Shown here one piece after another: positions 49,001-61,119 of a stretch of 64,000 nucleotides of DNA. How positions within the stretch are numbered: position 1 is the stretch's first letter; each line of letters opens with the position of its first letter. The notes under the pieces were generated by a model. That model worked only from the letters and a program-made list of their open reading frames with translations. It was not told where the DNA came from and did not search any database. Source of the DNA: Phallusia mammillata (lineage: Eukaryota); NCBI GenBank assembly GCA_965637545.1, contig OZ281501.1:18910001-18974000 (forward strand), written 5' to 3'. The position numbers were made by a program, and so were the translations under genes.

Positions 49001-52000
49001 TGGCATCCATTTGTTTTTGATTTTCTTGTTGTTTGAACACAAAAATCCCAGACTAAAATTGAGTTGTAGTTGACAAAACAAGATATAGCACACCAGGTTC
49101 ACTTCAGGGCTGATCCCAGCTTTGAATTGATGTTAATCTTAATGGTAGTGCTACTGACGCGGTGCCTCCTAGGAGATCCAAAAGTGCCTAATTTTAAAAA
49201 TGGTATATCTCAAAAAATGCTAACGGTTAGGGCTATTAGGGTCGGGGTAAGGTATTAGCATTTAAAATTCAATAAAACTAACCCAAAAAATTAGTTACTA
49301 ATGTAAAATTTTTAAACATTTGCATCCTAAACCAACCCTCTTTAGCCGCTAAATAAATAATTCAGCTCTTTACGCCACCTATCGAAAATTAAGCACTTTT
49401 GGATCTCCTAGGAGGCACCGCGTCAGTAGCTCTACCAATCTTAACTGATTACAATCTAAATGAGTATTTTCTCCCAAACAATAACCTTTATGGCTTCACA
49501 GAACCAAGACAACCACCCAATCGGCCGAACAGAGCAGATTATTCACAGAAGCCGAGAAAACCGGCAAAAGAAGATCAGGCATCACCACCAGCATCTGATG
49601 AAGAAGAGGTTTTATTGTTTTCTTTTTACACTTAGTTGTCCAGCATGGTTTTATGTCATAAATTACTTAATCGACTGTACAAGTTTTTTTTTTATTATTT
49701 TGTCTGGCTGAAACATGTTTACTTAAAAGAACAAAGCTTTCTGTTGATAAGTAAACTCAGAAATTTAAAAACCAGGTAAAAAAGGTGATATTTGAATTTT
49801 TCACACATGTTTACTGAGAAAATCTGGCAATACTGTATTAGGATTTTCCACAATGTTATGCACAAAATTTTATGGTGATTGTAAAATACACTTTTCAAAT
49901 TTTCAGTGGGATGTTGGTGATCAGGAACGAGAAGAAAAACCTGAAGAGAAACGAAGCTCTCCGATGCACAAAACAAACAAACCAAGTGATTCAAGCAGAC
50001 GTTCACAGCCACAAGCATATTCACAACAGAGGTAGAGGCTTTACAATTTAGTTATGTTGCATTCTGTTTTAAATGTTTACTGTTGTTTAATAGACATGGA
50101 AAGCGAAGTGAGGGCAACATTACTGAAAAGCTGAAGAATATTTCAATTTCACAGTCCAAAGAGGTGAGTCATGATTTAATACATGTCTCAAGGCTCAAAA
50201 AGGACAATAAATACTTTATAATTATTTCTAACAACAAATAAAATTGCATGTGCTCCTTAAAACTTGTAGCATTACTTTTTTATCGGTGTTACAGTTTGTT
50301 ATGGGTCCCCTTCCATGAAGGGGACACATATTGTTTTTGTCTATATTTTTTTTTTCTTTTTTCTTTTTTTCTTTTTTCTTTTTTCTTTTTTTCTTTTTTT
50401 CTTTCTAACGCAGATTTGTTCCCACGTTTTGTTCAACAAAGAATGGTTCAAACTTTTTCAAATTTACACACATTACAGATATTGGTCTAAAGATGGTCCA
50501 TGTGAATTTTGACCCCGTTTGATCCCTCGGTTCACCCACAGCCCCCCAAAACGTGAAATTTTTAGCGCGGATTTGTTCCCACGTTTTGGTCAAGAAAGAA
50601 TGGTTCAAAGTTTTTCAAATTGACACACATAATAGGTATTGGTCTAAAGATGGTCCATGTGAATTTTGACCCCGTTTGATCCCTCGGTTCACCCACAGCA
50701 CCCCAAAACGTGAAATTTTTAGCGCGGCTATTGTTCCCACGTTTTGGTCAAGAAAGAATGGTTCAAACTTTTTCAATTTTACACACATTACAGATATTGG
50801 TCTAAAGATGGTCCATGTGAATTTTGACCCCGTATGACCCAGAGATTCACCCACAGGCCCCCGAAACGTAAATGTGTCTAACGCTCGTTTGGTCAAGAAA
50901 GACACTGTAGGCAGAAGTACCAAGAGAGTAACTCACTGGTTTACGATAGCGGGAGGGCTCAGCTTGACGTCGGACAGACGTTTTACGAGACATCGTTTCA
51001 GTGATTAGAAATCAGCTGTTTTGCACAGCAATGCTATGTCGTTTTATTAAGTTATCACTCACATTTTTAGTTTTGGCGAAGGTTTTACACCTATGACGTG
51101 ATTTAAGCCTAATAACCGTGCTTCGGTTTTGTATATGTCAAGAAAAACTTTGTTAATAAAAGTTAAGATGAAAAAATTAACTTGACTTTTTTGCCAAATA
51201 AATGTTTTTTTAAATGCTCGCTGTCAGGTTGGCCGCCGCATGATCACGGGTTACTTAAGGTCAACTTGTCGGTATTACAAACACAGCTCAGAACTTTCTT
51301 CATAACGTAGCGTTTTTTTAACAATCAATTTAGGAGTCAATACTCAAGGCATGTATAAATTAGGCTTAACAGTATTGTTGAACACGAATGACGGCGTGCT
51401 ATTGAAAACGGTGTCAAAAGGTCAAACAGTCGTTTGGCGTGTGCACCCTGAGAGGTTACTACAGGTCAATGGTACTCATTTTGCGAAACAAAGTTATATG
51501 AAAAACAATTTGTTATGTATACACTTGTAGCAAATTGCTTTTTAATTTAAAGTGTCTGTAACACAACTGTTACAGCTTTCTCAAAAAAATTGCCCGACCT
51601 TGGAGGACTATATCTGGGTTAAAGCAAGAGATTAGATTAAAGTCTTTGTTACGTTTTTTTAATGTTTTTGTAATTACATGACAATAATAGTGCAAAAAGA
51701 ATACGAACAATTTTTTTTATTGTTGGGTTAATGCTTTCTAAAAATTTGTCCTTAAGAATGTAAAAATCACCGCAACATTTGTTTACCGTAAATCCGCACA
51801 AACATGCGTGTGGGGACCCATTAGTTTTTGTTTACAAAAACAATCATATGTGTAGATCAAATGATGTGTATAGTAAATTGGTAAATATCGTATAGAATAT
51901 ATAAAATGGAAGTATATCAGAAAGCCACTCTTCTAGTTATGAGTACATTTCAGCTTGACCTTGAAATATAACTTTGTAGCAGCCACGGAGATACTCATCG

Positions 52001-55000
52001 TTGCGACAGAGAAACGCTGACTCCCCTTCAGAACCAGCGAGACCCCAACATTACCCTCCTGCCCCAACTTTACCCCCAGAGTGGACAAAGAAAAGGGAGG
52101 GTCAGTTGAAACCTAACAGAGGTCAGTGAAATAAATGTTGTTTCGTATTTTAAGCAGCACTTCGCATGGAATCAATATGTTTGCCCTGTCAAACAAACAA
52201 GTTTCATATCTTCCTGTGTTTTCCATATACAGTACTTTTATTTGTCCCTGGAAATTAAAACAGCAGAAAAAAACCCTTGGTATTTGGGTCTTACTCATTT
52301 TTACTCTTTGGCCTGTTTTTATAAATTTGACACACTTTTGCCACTTGTATCCACAGCTGTGCCTTGCATATCATTATCAAAATTACAATTTTTGCCACCA
52401 CTGTGGCCCAGTAAACTTTTCACGAGAGCTAAAACATTTTTTTGAGCCTTTTACTGCACAACAATTATCTCAGTACTTTATTTTACCAAGAAACTCCAAC
52501 CCAGCCATCACCTGCAGTCCAATCGAACCACATCCAACAAAGCACACCGACACCAGATCGACCTACAGAACCAACACAGAATGAAATGCTCATGGCATCG
52601 TATATACAACAGCATCATCAACAGCAACAACACCAAGCTACTCCACCACCTGCCCCTGTTTCCATGCCAACAGCAGTGCCATACAGCATAGGTATGGGTT
52701 GCTAGGCCCAATGAACCACAGGAGAATTCTAGTACACAAGATTGTACACTAGCTTTGCTTAAACGGTTTTTCACAGGCTTGTGGGTCAAATTTTGTTGCC
52801 AACTTAGTATCTAGCATTTAATGCACAGAAAAGTTTAACTGAGATTGATTGTACAACATGTGTTAAAACAGATGATTTATTCAAAAAGCATTACTGCCAT
52901 AGGGCTTATGTATAGAGACCACATCATAGTGCAGAGGTTTGGTCAACCTGCACTATGATGACAAGAGCGATTGTTAAAATGTCTGCATTAAGATGTATTC
53001 TATATGTTTTTGCTTTTCACGATGATATGCAGTAAAACTTGGTTAAACCAGATTCGGTTAACCTGGATCTTCACATAATATAGTTTGGACAAAACTAAGG
53101 TACAGATGATTTGTAATGTGGTAAGACTTGAATTAATCGACATCGGTTAATTCGGATCACTGGACAAATTGTCTGGTTCAATCGGGTTTACTAAGGTTTA
53201 GTGTATTTGTTCGTAAACTCTATTTCAATTCTTTCGTGAGCTCTTGCATCAGTGTGAAAGGTGTGTTACAGCATTACTAAAAAGTTGATGATTTGTTTCA
53301 GCCGATTTCAGTTCACCTGCTTTGGAACTACCCAAGAGTGATCAGTCACTGTTGCCCGACAACGCAAGTATTTCCTCTCAAATGCAGTGGTATGAAAGTA
53401 AGTACACCTAACCAGGCAATTCTCTTGGTAAAAAATTAAACAATAAGTAAACAGATCAAGTTTTGTAGCTGTTCAGCCTTGATTTAATGCCCAGTAAACA
53501 TTGAGTAGTTTTGCACATGTATTCCAGCAAAGGCAGTGGTGGGATTCAGCCGGTTCGCACTGGTTCTATAAAACAGTCTCACGAAATTTTATGAGATCAG
53601 CGAACCGGTTAGCATTACTGGTTACTGTCAATGGACTTTTTGTAACAGAACTGGCTGAAAAATATGACTTTTATGACAGAACCGGCTGAAAAAAATTTGA
53701 ATCCCACCACTGGCTGTTGGCAATTCTAAAATTTTGCTGAGTTTTTCACAATGACTTTGTATTACAGCTGCAATGGCTTACCAAGCAATGCTGACACAGA
53801 ACGTCCTGAACCATCCCCCACCACCTACTTTACCCCCATTGTTGCCACAGCAACCATCAATCTTGTCGAATCTGCCCAATCCTGAACAAGTATGTTGAAG
53901 ATTTATTGTGTGTTTCACATCAGTAAAAATAGTTGTATGACGAAGTTCGCACTGCTCACTAAATTTTTACAAAACATATGAATTCAAATTGTTAGCTCAC
54001 TATGCTCTTTTAACTTTATCGCCCACATTCAGGTTAGAATTTTTGCTGATGTGCATTGCATGACTGAGTTGGCACTGTGATGCTCACTGAATTTTACAAA
54101 ACAGCTGGTGCTGAGCACTGCAACCCAGGGTTAGGACTGCGGAATAAGAGAAACAACTACAAGCAATTTCTATTGAAAATATTGGCAAACATTGTTATGT
54201 TTAATTATAATAAAACCATTTGTATTCCACCTCACTGAACATTGTGGCGAAGTGGGCAGTTTGGTTCGTTAACATTTAATAATTTGTTGTTGTTTTTTCA
54301 GGTTGGAACCCCAGGATTGTTAGTGGGTGAAGAGCAAAAAAACCCACAAGCCCAGTTACCCCTTGTATCGCAGGCTGGAACCCCTGGTAATCAAAACTAT
54401 AGCCACTTGTGGTCACTGGGTGTCACTAAAGGTATATGTAATATTCTTTCAGATATTGGAGCTCTTGGTTCTTTGGCATTTCCTCCACCTTTACCACACA
54501 ACTTTCAAAATGAATTCATGCAAAGGTAAAACAAACTTAAGGTTTTGTTGGTTGTGGCAAAGAAATATCAACGTTGTGTTAATTTTCGAAATCTGCCATA
54601 GTATTGCATCCAGGATTGAGGAGTCAGTAAAAAAAATCTGACTCCAATGCCATTTTAAAATTTTCCAGCTTTGAACTCTCTAACGTCTAACCAAAAACAA
54701 AGCATTTGTGTTGCGCTTGCACATTTCATTGCTTTTTTATCAAAATGGACCAAAAGTCAGATTGGCCAAAAAATGTAAAGACTCAAACCCCATAATATTT
54801 TGAAAAACTACGACTTTAAAACCCCTTACAGCGACTTTGTTGAATTGTTTTGATAACCCTGCTTTCATTGATTACAGAAACTTGATGTCGGAACGCCCGA
54901 TGGCTCCACCGATGCAGGTCCCATTCTCTCACACCCCTGGTCTCCTGGGTCAGCAAGTTGGAGGGGTAACCTACTACGCAAACCTGCCCCACTCTGTACC

Positions 55001-55100
55001 GATATCCGGGGTTCACAACATGATCCCGGGAAACACCCAGATTGGGTCACCGCTCCGCTCAGCCAATTCTGCTATTCCTATAAGGCCTCCGATGGAATGA
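46009..55100 (+). CDS. CASC3: Exon-junction-complex protein CASC3/MLN51/Barentsz
   Basis: Exons 46009-46110, 46622-46699, 46993-47094, 47320-47492, 47942-48109, 48444-48582, 48867-48993, 49502-49608, 49907-50031, 50094-50163, 51980-52100, 52491-52691, 53302-53397, 53768-53889, 54302-54386, 54453-54525, about 54878-55100. Motifs: MAERRR start, Btz/SELOR domain PCFIPTKGNFFQHDTR and RWLHDKFDEREQTPKSREDLIAEYGYDIR, PRRYSSLRQR, C-terminal GGVTYY...AIPIRPP. Confidence 0.93.
49143..49437. mobile_element. MITE with about 45-bp TIRs and a 7-bp TSD
   Basis: TIR TGGTAG(T/A)GCTACTGACGCGGTGCCTCCTAGGAGATCCAAAAGTGC. Flanked by ATCTTAA on both sides. Telomere-like GGTTAGGG motifs inside. Superfamily unclear. 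Confidence 0.85.
50417..50900. repeat. About 157-bp tandem repeat x3 in a CASC3 intron, preceded by a T/C-rich run (50348-50405)
   Basis: TGTTCCCACGTTTTG recurs at 50417, 50574 and 50732. Confidence 0.9.
53030..53203. mobile_element. Tigger/pogo-like MITE
   Basis: CAGTAAAACTTGGTTAA...TTACTAAGGTTTAGTG(TA). Reverse-complement homolog of 38225-38409. Confidence 0.6.
53534..53712. mobile_element. hAT MITE (CAGTGGTGGGATTC family)
   Basis: Both TIRs are intact. No recognisable TSD. Confidence 0.8.
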
Positions 55101-55545
55101 CAGGCCCATGGGGCTCCTGGGGAATCCCTTACGAACCCAGTAGTTTTGCCGTAAAACGGGTAAACTGTGCCGTTAGGCATCGCAGCAACTAAGTTTTATA
55201 ACCATTAAGTGCGATCATTATCTGGCGGTTGTTTCTTGCGAGAATTTGTTTGTGCCTTACTCGAGTTTCGAGGCACTTTGTTCGTTTCTGGCTGTTTTTG
55301 TTGATTCTAGCATCGCCATTGTTTCGTAATAAACGTGGAAGTCACGACCAACGCCAACGTGGCGATTTTCAAAAAGAACGATTGTTTATTGTCAGTGTGT
55401 AAAATTTAAAAAATGGGGGGTTGTAACGGTGTGACTTTGTTGTAGCGAAATGTACCAAAGTAGGTTTACAAACACTTTTTTGGTTCTAATTTCACTGGCG
55501 GCCGCACATGCGTCTACTAAATGAAAGTTCCTTCAATGTCTAAAT

Positions 55546-55619
55546 CGGTGGTTCTCAACCATGGTCTTACAGGCTTACATGAAGGGGGGGCATGGTCCAC
55601 GAAAGGTTGAGAACCACTG
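55546..55619. mobile_element. 74-bp minimal Charlie-like MITE
   Basis: C(G/A)GTGGTTCTCAACC TIRs with perfect TSD GTCTAAAT. Confidence 0.85.
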
Positions 55620-56267
55620 GTCTAAATGAAAATTCCTTCAGTTATATGCGAACATCTAACTAAACGTACGGTTGTGCACCACATGCCTCCAATTTAAGCT
55701 CCGACATTTTCATATATCAAACTTCATGTGACATAAGACAAACAACATGAAAGAATTTTACAAAAACTCAACGAATTGCAGTACCAGTTACTGTCAGAAA
55801 CACTTTGGCACTTCAATTTAATACATCACCACAAACCAGCAGGCCAGACAGCGAGCTGCAATTACGTTGAATTTACAACGGGTAATAAATATATACGAAC
55901 GGTCGAGTGTTTTCTTTCATAACATGCTGTGACGCCAGCTAAAATTACTTCACTCTCTGTAAATTGCAGCACATAAACTTGCTAGTTAAGAGCAAATTAT
56001 ATTGTTGGAGATCTTTACAATCAATTTAAACCCACGCAAATGGCTGTTGTCGTTTTTGTTTCGTAATTTTGAAAGTTGTCCAAATTATGCCCAACCAAAA
56101 ATATGCAAAAAACTACTTCAAAATAAATCATGACCTTTTGGCATTACTATATTTAAATTATGTTCATAATGACGTCTTTTCAACAAAATTCTACAAAAGA
56201 TTTACATAAATACTGAGGAAATTGATCATAGCAATCGAAGAGATGCCAAACTAGTCATGGCTCTGTA

Positions 56268-56629
56268 AGTTCACTAAGAGGTCTACCAGGTCAAACAGAC
56301 TAATTAGATAAGCTCTCCACAGCTAAGTACGCACTAATTGATGCAAAATACTTTTCCCGTACCAACCCACGAGTCACATTAGCACTCAACTTTCGGCGAA
56401 CCCGGTTACTAAACTTATTCAACACGATTTTAGCCTCACAGTTCAGCGAAACTATCACAGTATGTAATCAGTTCCGGTACAGCCAACTTTTCCAGCTGTT
56501 GTCCTTAAGGTGACCTTGCAAATCCCGGCAAAGTCTCCACACTTACGGTCATCACCGCACAAATTCCACAAGGTTACGTCAAGGTGACTTAGAGGTTACA
56601 GCAACAAACAACTGCAAGGTCCAAGGTCG
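56268..56629 (+). promoter_or_regulatory. Cluster of nuclear-receptor half-sites, including DR5-spaced pairs, upstream of RAR
   Basis: AGTTCActaagAGGTCT (56268-56284), AGGTTAcgtcaAGGTGActtagAGGTTA (56571-56598), AGGTCCaAGGTCG (56617-56629). Confidence 0.4.
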
Positions 56630-59543
56630 TTTATGAGTCACAATACCATACCTCGTGCGTCATAATATCCTATTTTTCCCGGAAATTTGCGGGTTAGGTA
56701 CTTTGTTACTAGAAGAACTCATCAAGCCGTATTTACTTGTCAAACTTAAAATGTTTGCGTTTTGGGCTTCCCTTTGTGTACGTTTAGCTGTAAAGCCAAG
56801 TCTACTATATGTTGTTCTACACTTCAACGAGTTTTAACACTATGTTTTACGTATACACATTGGAAAGGAAATTTTTCTTAAGTTGTATGTTGAATGTACA
56901 CAAAAAGGTGAAAGCTGCCAGCAGTTCATCATTTAAATTTACATAAATATCACGTAGAAGGGCAATGTACAGAAGGCAAGTAGTAGTACGTTTAAGAGCA
57001 CCATGTACATACTACAGTCACAACTGAGCTGAAGTGCTACCTACGTGCACAAATAATTTGAATGATTGATGCTCCGGCCAGCGCGGCGGTCGCAGAAAGG
57101 TCACACCACTTTCGCATCGCGGAACCGGGGTGAACCAAAGTTTACAGCGTCAGTGAAACAACAGCCAGACTGCTGTAAACCACGCTTGTACCGTTTGTTT
57201 ATCCTGAAATCACAGAGACAATTTGTTGTGTAGTATTTACAACTGACTACAGTAGGTGCTGGTTTTAGTGCAGGGTTTTGTTGTCAGTGTTGCAATGCGG
57301 TGTGAAGGGGACAGATTTTATGCTTCCTGTGTGTCAGCCTGAGGTTACACACTGTCACTGGCAGTTCGCGCTGATCTACCGCACGAACTCTATGAGGGGA
57401 TTTTTCTGGCTTCAAAATTACATGTTTCTGCAGTTCAGGACCTTTTAGGCTTTTAGCCCGCGCCTGAAACTTGGTTCGGTGTAAAAATTTGGAATAAAAC
57501 CGAAAACTGGAGGATTTTTATGTTAGTTAAGTCTTGCAGCCGCAGGTGCAATGCAACATTAGTTTTGTTCAAAAGTGTTTTAGTGGGACAATGTATGGTA
57601 TTGCTGTGTTATGTTCATGTTTTGTGAAATAGACTTGTTGTGTTTGTGGATGTATATTATATGTCTCCTTAGACATGAGCCGTTTTTCAAAAGATTTTGT
57701 CATTGTTATCAAATGTTCAAAGTCAAAAATGTTTATAATTTAGGGATGCTACTGTAAATTTTAGGCCTGAAAAAGATTGTTGTGGTGATTCAAAAGTTTG
57801 CGTGTCAAGCAATTATGACAAACAATAGCGTGGTACTTTCCCAATGTGTAAACCCCATAGATTTTAATTGCGGATTTACTCGGCTATTGTAACTGTCGTT
57901 TAATTAGAAGTGCGTTAATTATACATAGTGAAACATGCTTTTTATAATAAATGTGTCGTTCAGGCTGCAACATATTTTCTTATGATTCCTCTAAATTGCG
58001 CTGCAGAGACTTTACGATTTTGAAGGGGGTACTTACGTAAAATTTAATTCGTTTATTGTACAAATAGATGTAAGTAACAAAACTTGGATTGAAAGTCATA
58101 GTTTTAACGCGATTGTATCTTGTTTTCTGCCATTTGTATCTCAAGTCATATCTGAAACAGATCACACTTGACATTCGCCTCATAACATCGATATTTCGAA
58201 ACGGAAAAGTCAGGTCTTTCATCCTGTCCGACGCCGATCTTATTGTGCGATAGCGAGGTCGTCTCAGGCAGAATATATCCCCCTACGCAGTCTGTAGAAG
58301 TCTGGTGCGGAGGTGGTACATTTTATAGTTGAAGTGCACGGTCTTAGTCATGTTATGACAGACCCGATGTTGCGCAGGATAAGATAAGGAACTCAACAAT
58401 TTTTTTGGGGAGATGAAAGGTTGAGTGTTATTTGGTTACAAAGATTCAGAGGCAGTTTTTTCTCCGGAACAGATTTTCGATTTCGTGTTTTGTGTCAGTT
58501 TTGTGGACGTTTTATGTGTTAAAAATATTGGCTTGCAGCAGACAAAAAACTGTGAAAAAGTGGCGTTAATGTGTTTTGGGATCAGAACTTTGAGGTTTTA
58601 ATTTGTATTGATCGCTTAGGGTGGTTTGTGACTATTGTCCAATTTGTTTTTCAAGACATTGTGTCTAATCCGAAAACACGAAATTTGCAATGCAATGCAA
58701 AAGCGTAAATTACGTGTTAGAACGAATTATTAAGTATTGATTTTTGTCCGTAATAATGAAATGTTGACGTAAAGCAGTTGAACCTTTGTGTGCTGAAACT
58801 GTTGGAAAACAGAATCAGTCAGTTCTAGGTAAATAAAGTTTACAATTGGCCTAATTGGCATCACCCCTATATTCCAAAATATTCGTTGAAAATCTCATCT
58901 ACGTTTGCATACTAACTCAATTCTATTTTGTTTTTCTGGTTTATTTTAACGCAGCAAATTTGGTCTGGTTATCAAACAATGGAATGCATAATTTCTGACC
59001 AACAACATTTCAAACATTACTCCACATCCAGTTCACCAGCTATTGTTTACTGTGACTTGGTGAGTACAGATTCGATTCTGTTAAGATGTACGCTTACTTT
59101 CACTTGTTTGACATTTGCCCGCTTTATGTGTTGTCTGATATTTTTAAAAACGTCTTTTAAACAAAGGTTTCCACAAATATTGTCATTAACGGCGAAGTAA
59201 TGGCAATGTTTAATGCCATTGGATATAATCAAATTTCTTTTAGTTAGGTCGCTCTTTAAGTTTGTGTGTTCCCAATTTTTTATAAACAATTGCAATAGAT
59301 TTTACAAGATATTATGTAGTCTAATAGCGCTTTCGTGTTTTCGGGGCGAAATATATAAATATTTGTTACAACGAGATCAGACAACTGTGTTGCGGGACAA
59401 ACCGAAACCCAAAACAATCAAGTTCGTAACATCCGAATATAGTTACAAGTGTGTAGAGTTGTGAATTAAACTGAAACCAATATGAACCCACGCAACTTAA
59501 ACTGACACAAAACAATCAGTTCGCCTAAAGTTGAACACAAACA

Positions 59544-59793
59544 ATGACCTGTCGTCCCTCGCGATTCGGATTAACAACAATCGTATCAGCGCACGTGTTC
59601 GGTTCAACGGGCGGACATCGACTAACACGACCCGATCACTTGTTTCCGCAGCAGGGCGCCCCCTGTCGATCGCCCCCCAAACAACACGCGATGACGTCAC
59701 CGCACACCCATCACGTGACCTACGTTGACCTTGACAGGTTCGGAACCCATGTGACCGGAAGTTTCGCACTCGATTTCGGAAAACATTTCTCAT
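59544..59793 (+). CDS. RAR: Probable first coding (A-region) exon of RAR
   Basis: ORF from ATG 59544 ends at a strong phase-1 donor (T|GTGAGT). The phase matches the acceptor at 60913. No homology recognised in this exon itself. Confidence 0.5.
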
Positions 59794-60913
59794 GTGAGTT
59801 TTTGTTTGTTGTTTTAAAAATTTCGTGTACTTGGTTTTGTTTAAAACGATTTGACAAAGTACTGACCTGTATTCAAAATATTCTATATTGGAAACGGTAG
59901 ATAACTTGTGTTTAGAGAAAACTTAAACTGTTTGGTGCTGTTAGTTTTATCTTCGAAGCCACAACACAATGCGAACTTGAGCGGGGTCAAAGCTCCGGTA
60001 TGCTTTGCCCAAGGGCATATTGAATGTACTGCATCCTGTCGTATAACTAGGACATGGTTAATGGCAGCGTATCGTCGTGGAAGTTGACGTCAACACAGTT
60101 CTGTATAAATCTTACACAGAAAAGAGTTGGTTATACCAAAAAATCATAACCTTGACATACCATACATTGTTGTAGTTTGATAATAACCTTACCAATTGTC
60201 CAATGTCGATAAACACAAATAATCATCATGAGTTTGTTGTGAAAATGCTTAAGTTTAAAAGCAAAGAATCATTCAGTGGTATGTTTTTGGCTGGAGCAAT
60301 TTACAAATTCGAATATCACTAACCATTTGCATTACAAAATATGAGAACAAACAAGCGCCTGGTCCAGCTATTACTTCATATGATCGACCCACAATAAACG
60401 CAAACATGCGTAAAACAAAGCTGTGACAATGCAACCAAAGTTTATGTCAACAAACCGCGTTTAGGTTTCTGTATTCATAAACTGCAGTTTAAACTGAGGA
60501 CACAGGCTATATCATGTCAATAACATGTCAGTGTTTGCATTGATACTCGGCATTACAATATTGCTGGCGGGTAATATGGAGACATTTACTACGTCACTTG
60601 TCTGCAAAGATCCGGATTAAGCCAAGTGACCTTTACATGACATTGTAGTGACGAGTGCAAATCATAAATTAAAGGAAGTGCACGCTTCGTTACGCGAACT
60701 GAACCTTCCATTTAACAAACGACTTGTTCTTTTCAGTGAAACGCCATTCAGGGGCATTGTTATGTCACACAAGCATTGAATGGATGCAAACAACCTCATT
60801 TGGTTTCTTTAGTAACCTTGGAGTGAACCAGAATTACGTCACTGGAATTTAAATTTTTGCTTTCCACAAAATGACGTAATCGATAGAACACAGCATTATG
60901 TTTTGACAACCAG

Positions 60914-61119
60914 CTTATGACGTCATAATGTTATGTGCAGCGTCACAATCGGACGGAGGCAGTATCTGCTCGAGCGGAACGACTTCTGATTACGAGGCAG
61001 TGGGATGCGTGACGTCACCGGACTCACCGCTGCCACCGCGTGTCTACAAGCCGTGTTGTGTTTGTGGAGACAGATCGTCGGGTTATCACTATGGTGTGTC
61101 TTCATGTGAGGGATGCAAG
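60914..61119 (+). CDS. RAR: Retinoic acid receptor, exon with B region and first zinc finger (rest of the gene lies beyond the window)
   Basis: [35 protein letters not shown] followed by a phase-0 GT donor. This is the RAR signature [29 protein letters not shown] with its conserved intron. Confidence 0.92.

Noticed and set aside
50911-50935. Poison exon in CASC3 (TAG|GCAGAAGTACCAAGAGAGTAA)
   Set aside because: Weak polypyrimidine tract and no convincing downstream donor.
58979-59059. Additional upstream RAR coding exon (MECIISDQQHF...DL|GTGAGT)
   Set aside because: Its phase-0 donor is not compatible with the phase-1 acceptors of the zinc-finger exon. It may be a leader exon but cannot be supported as coding.
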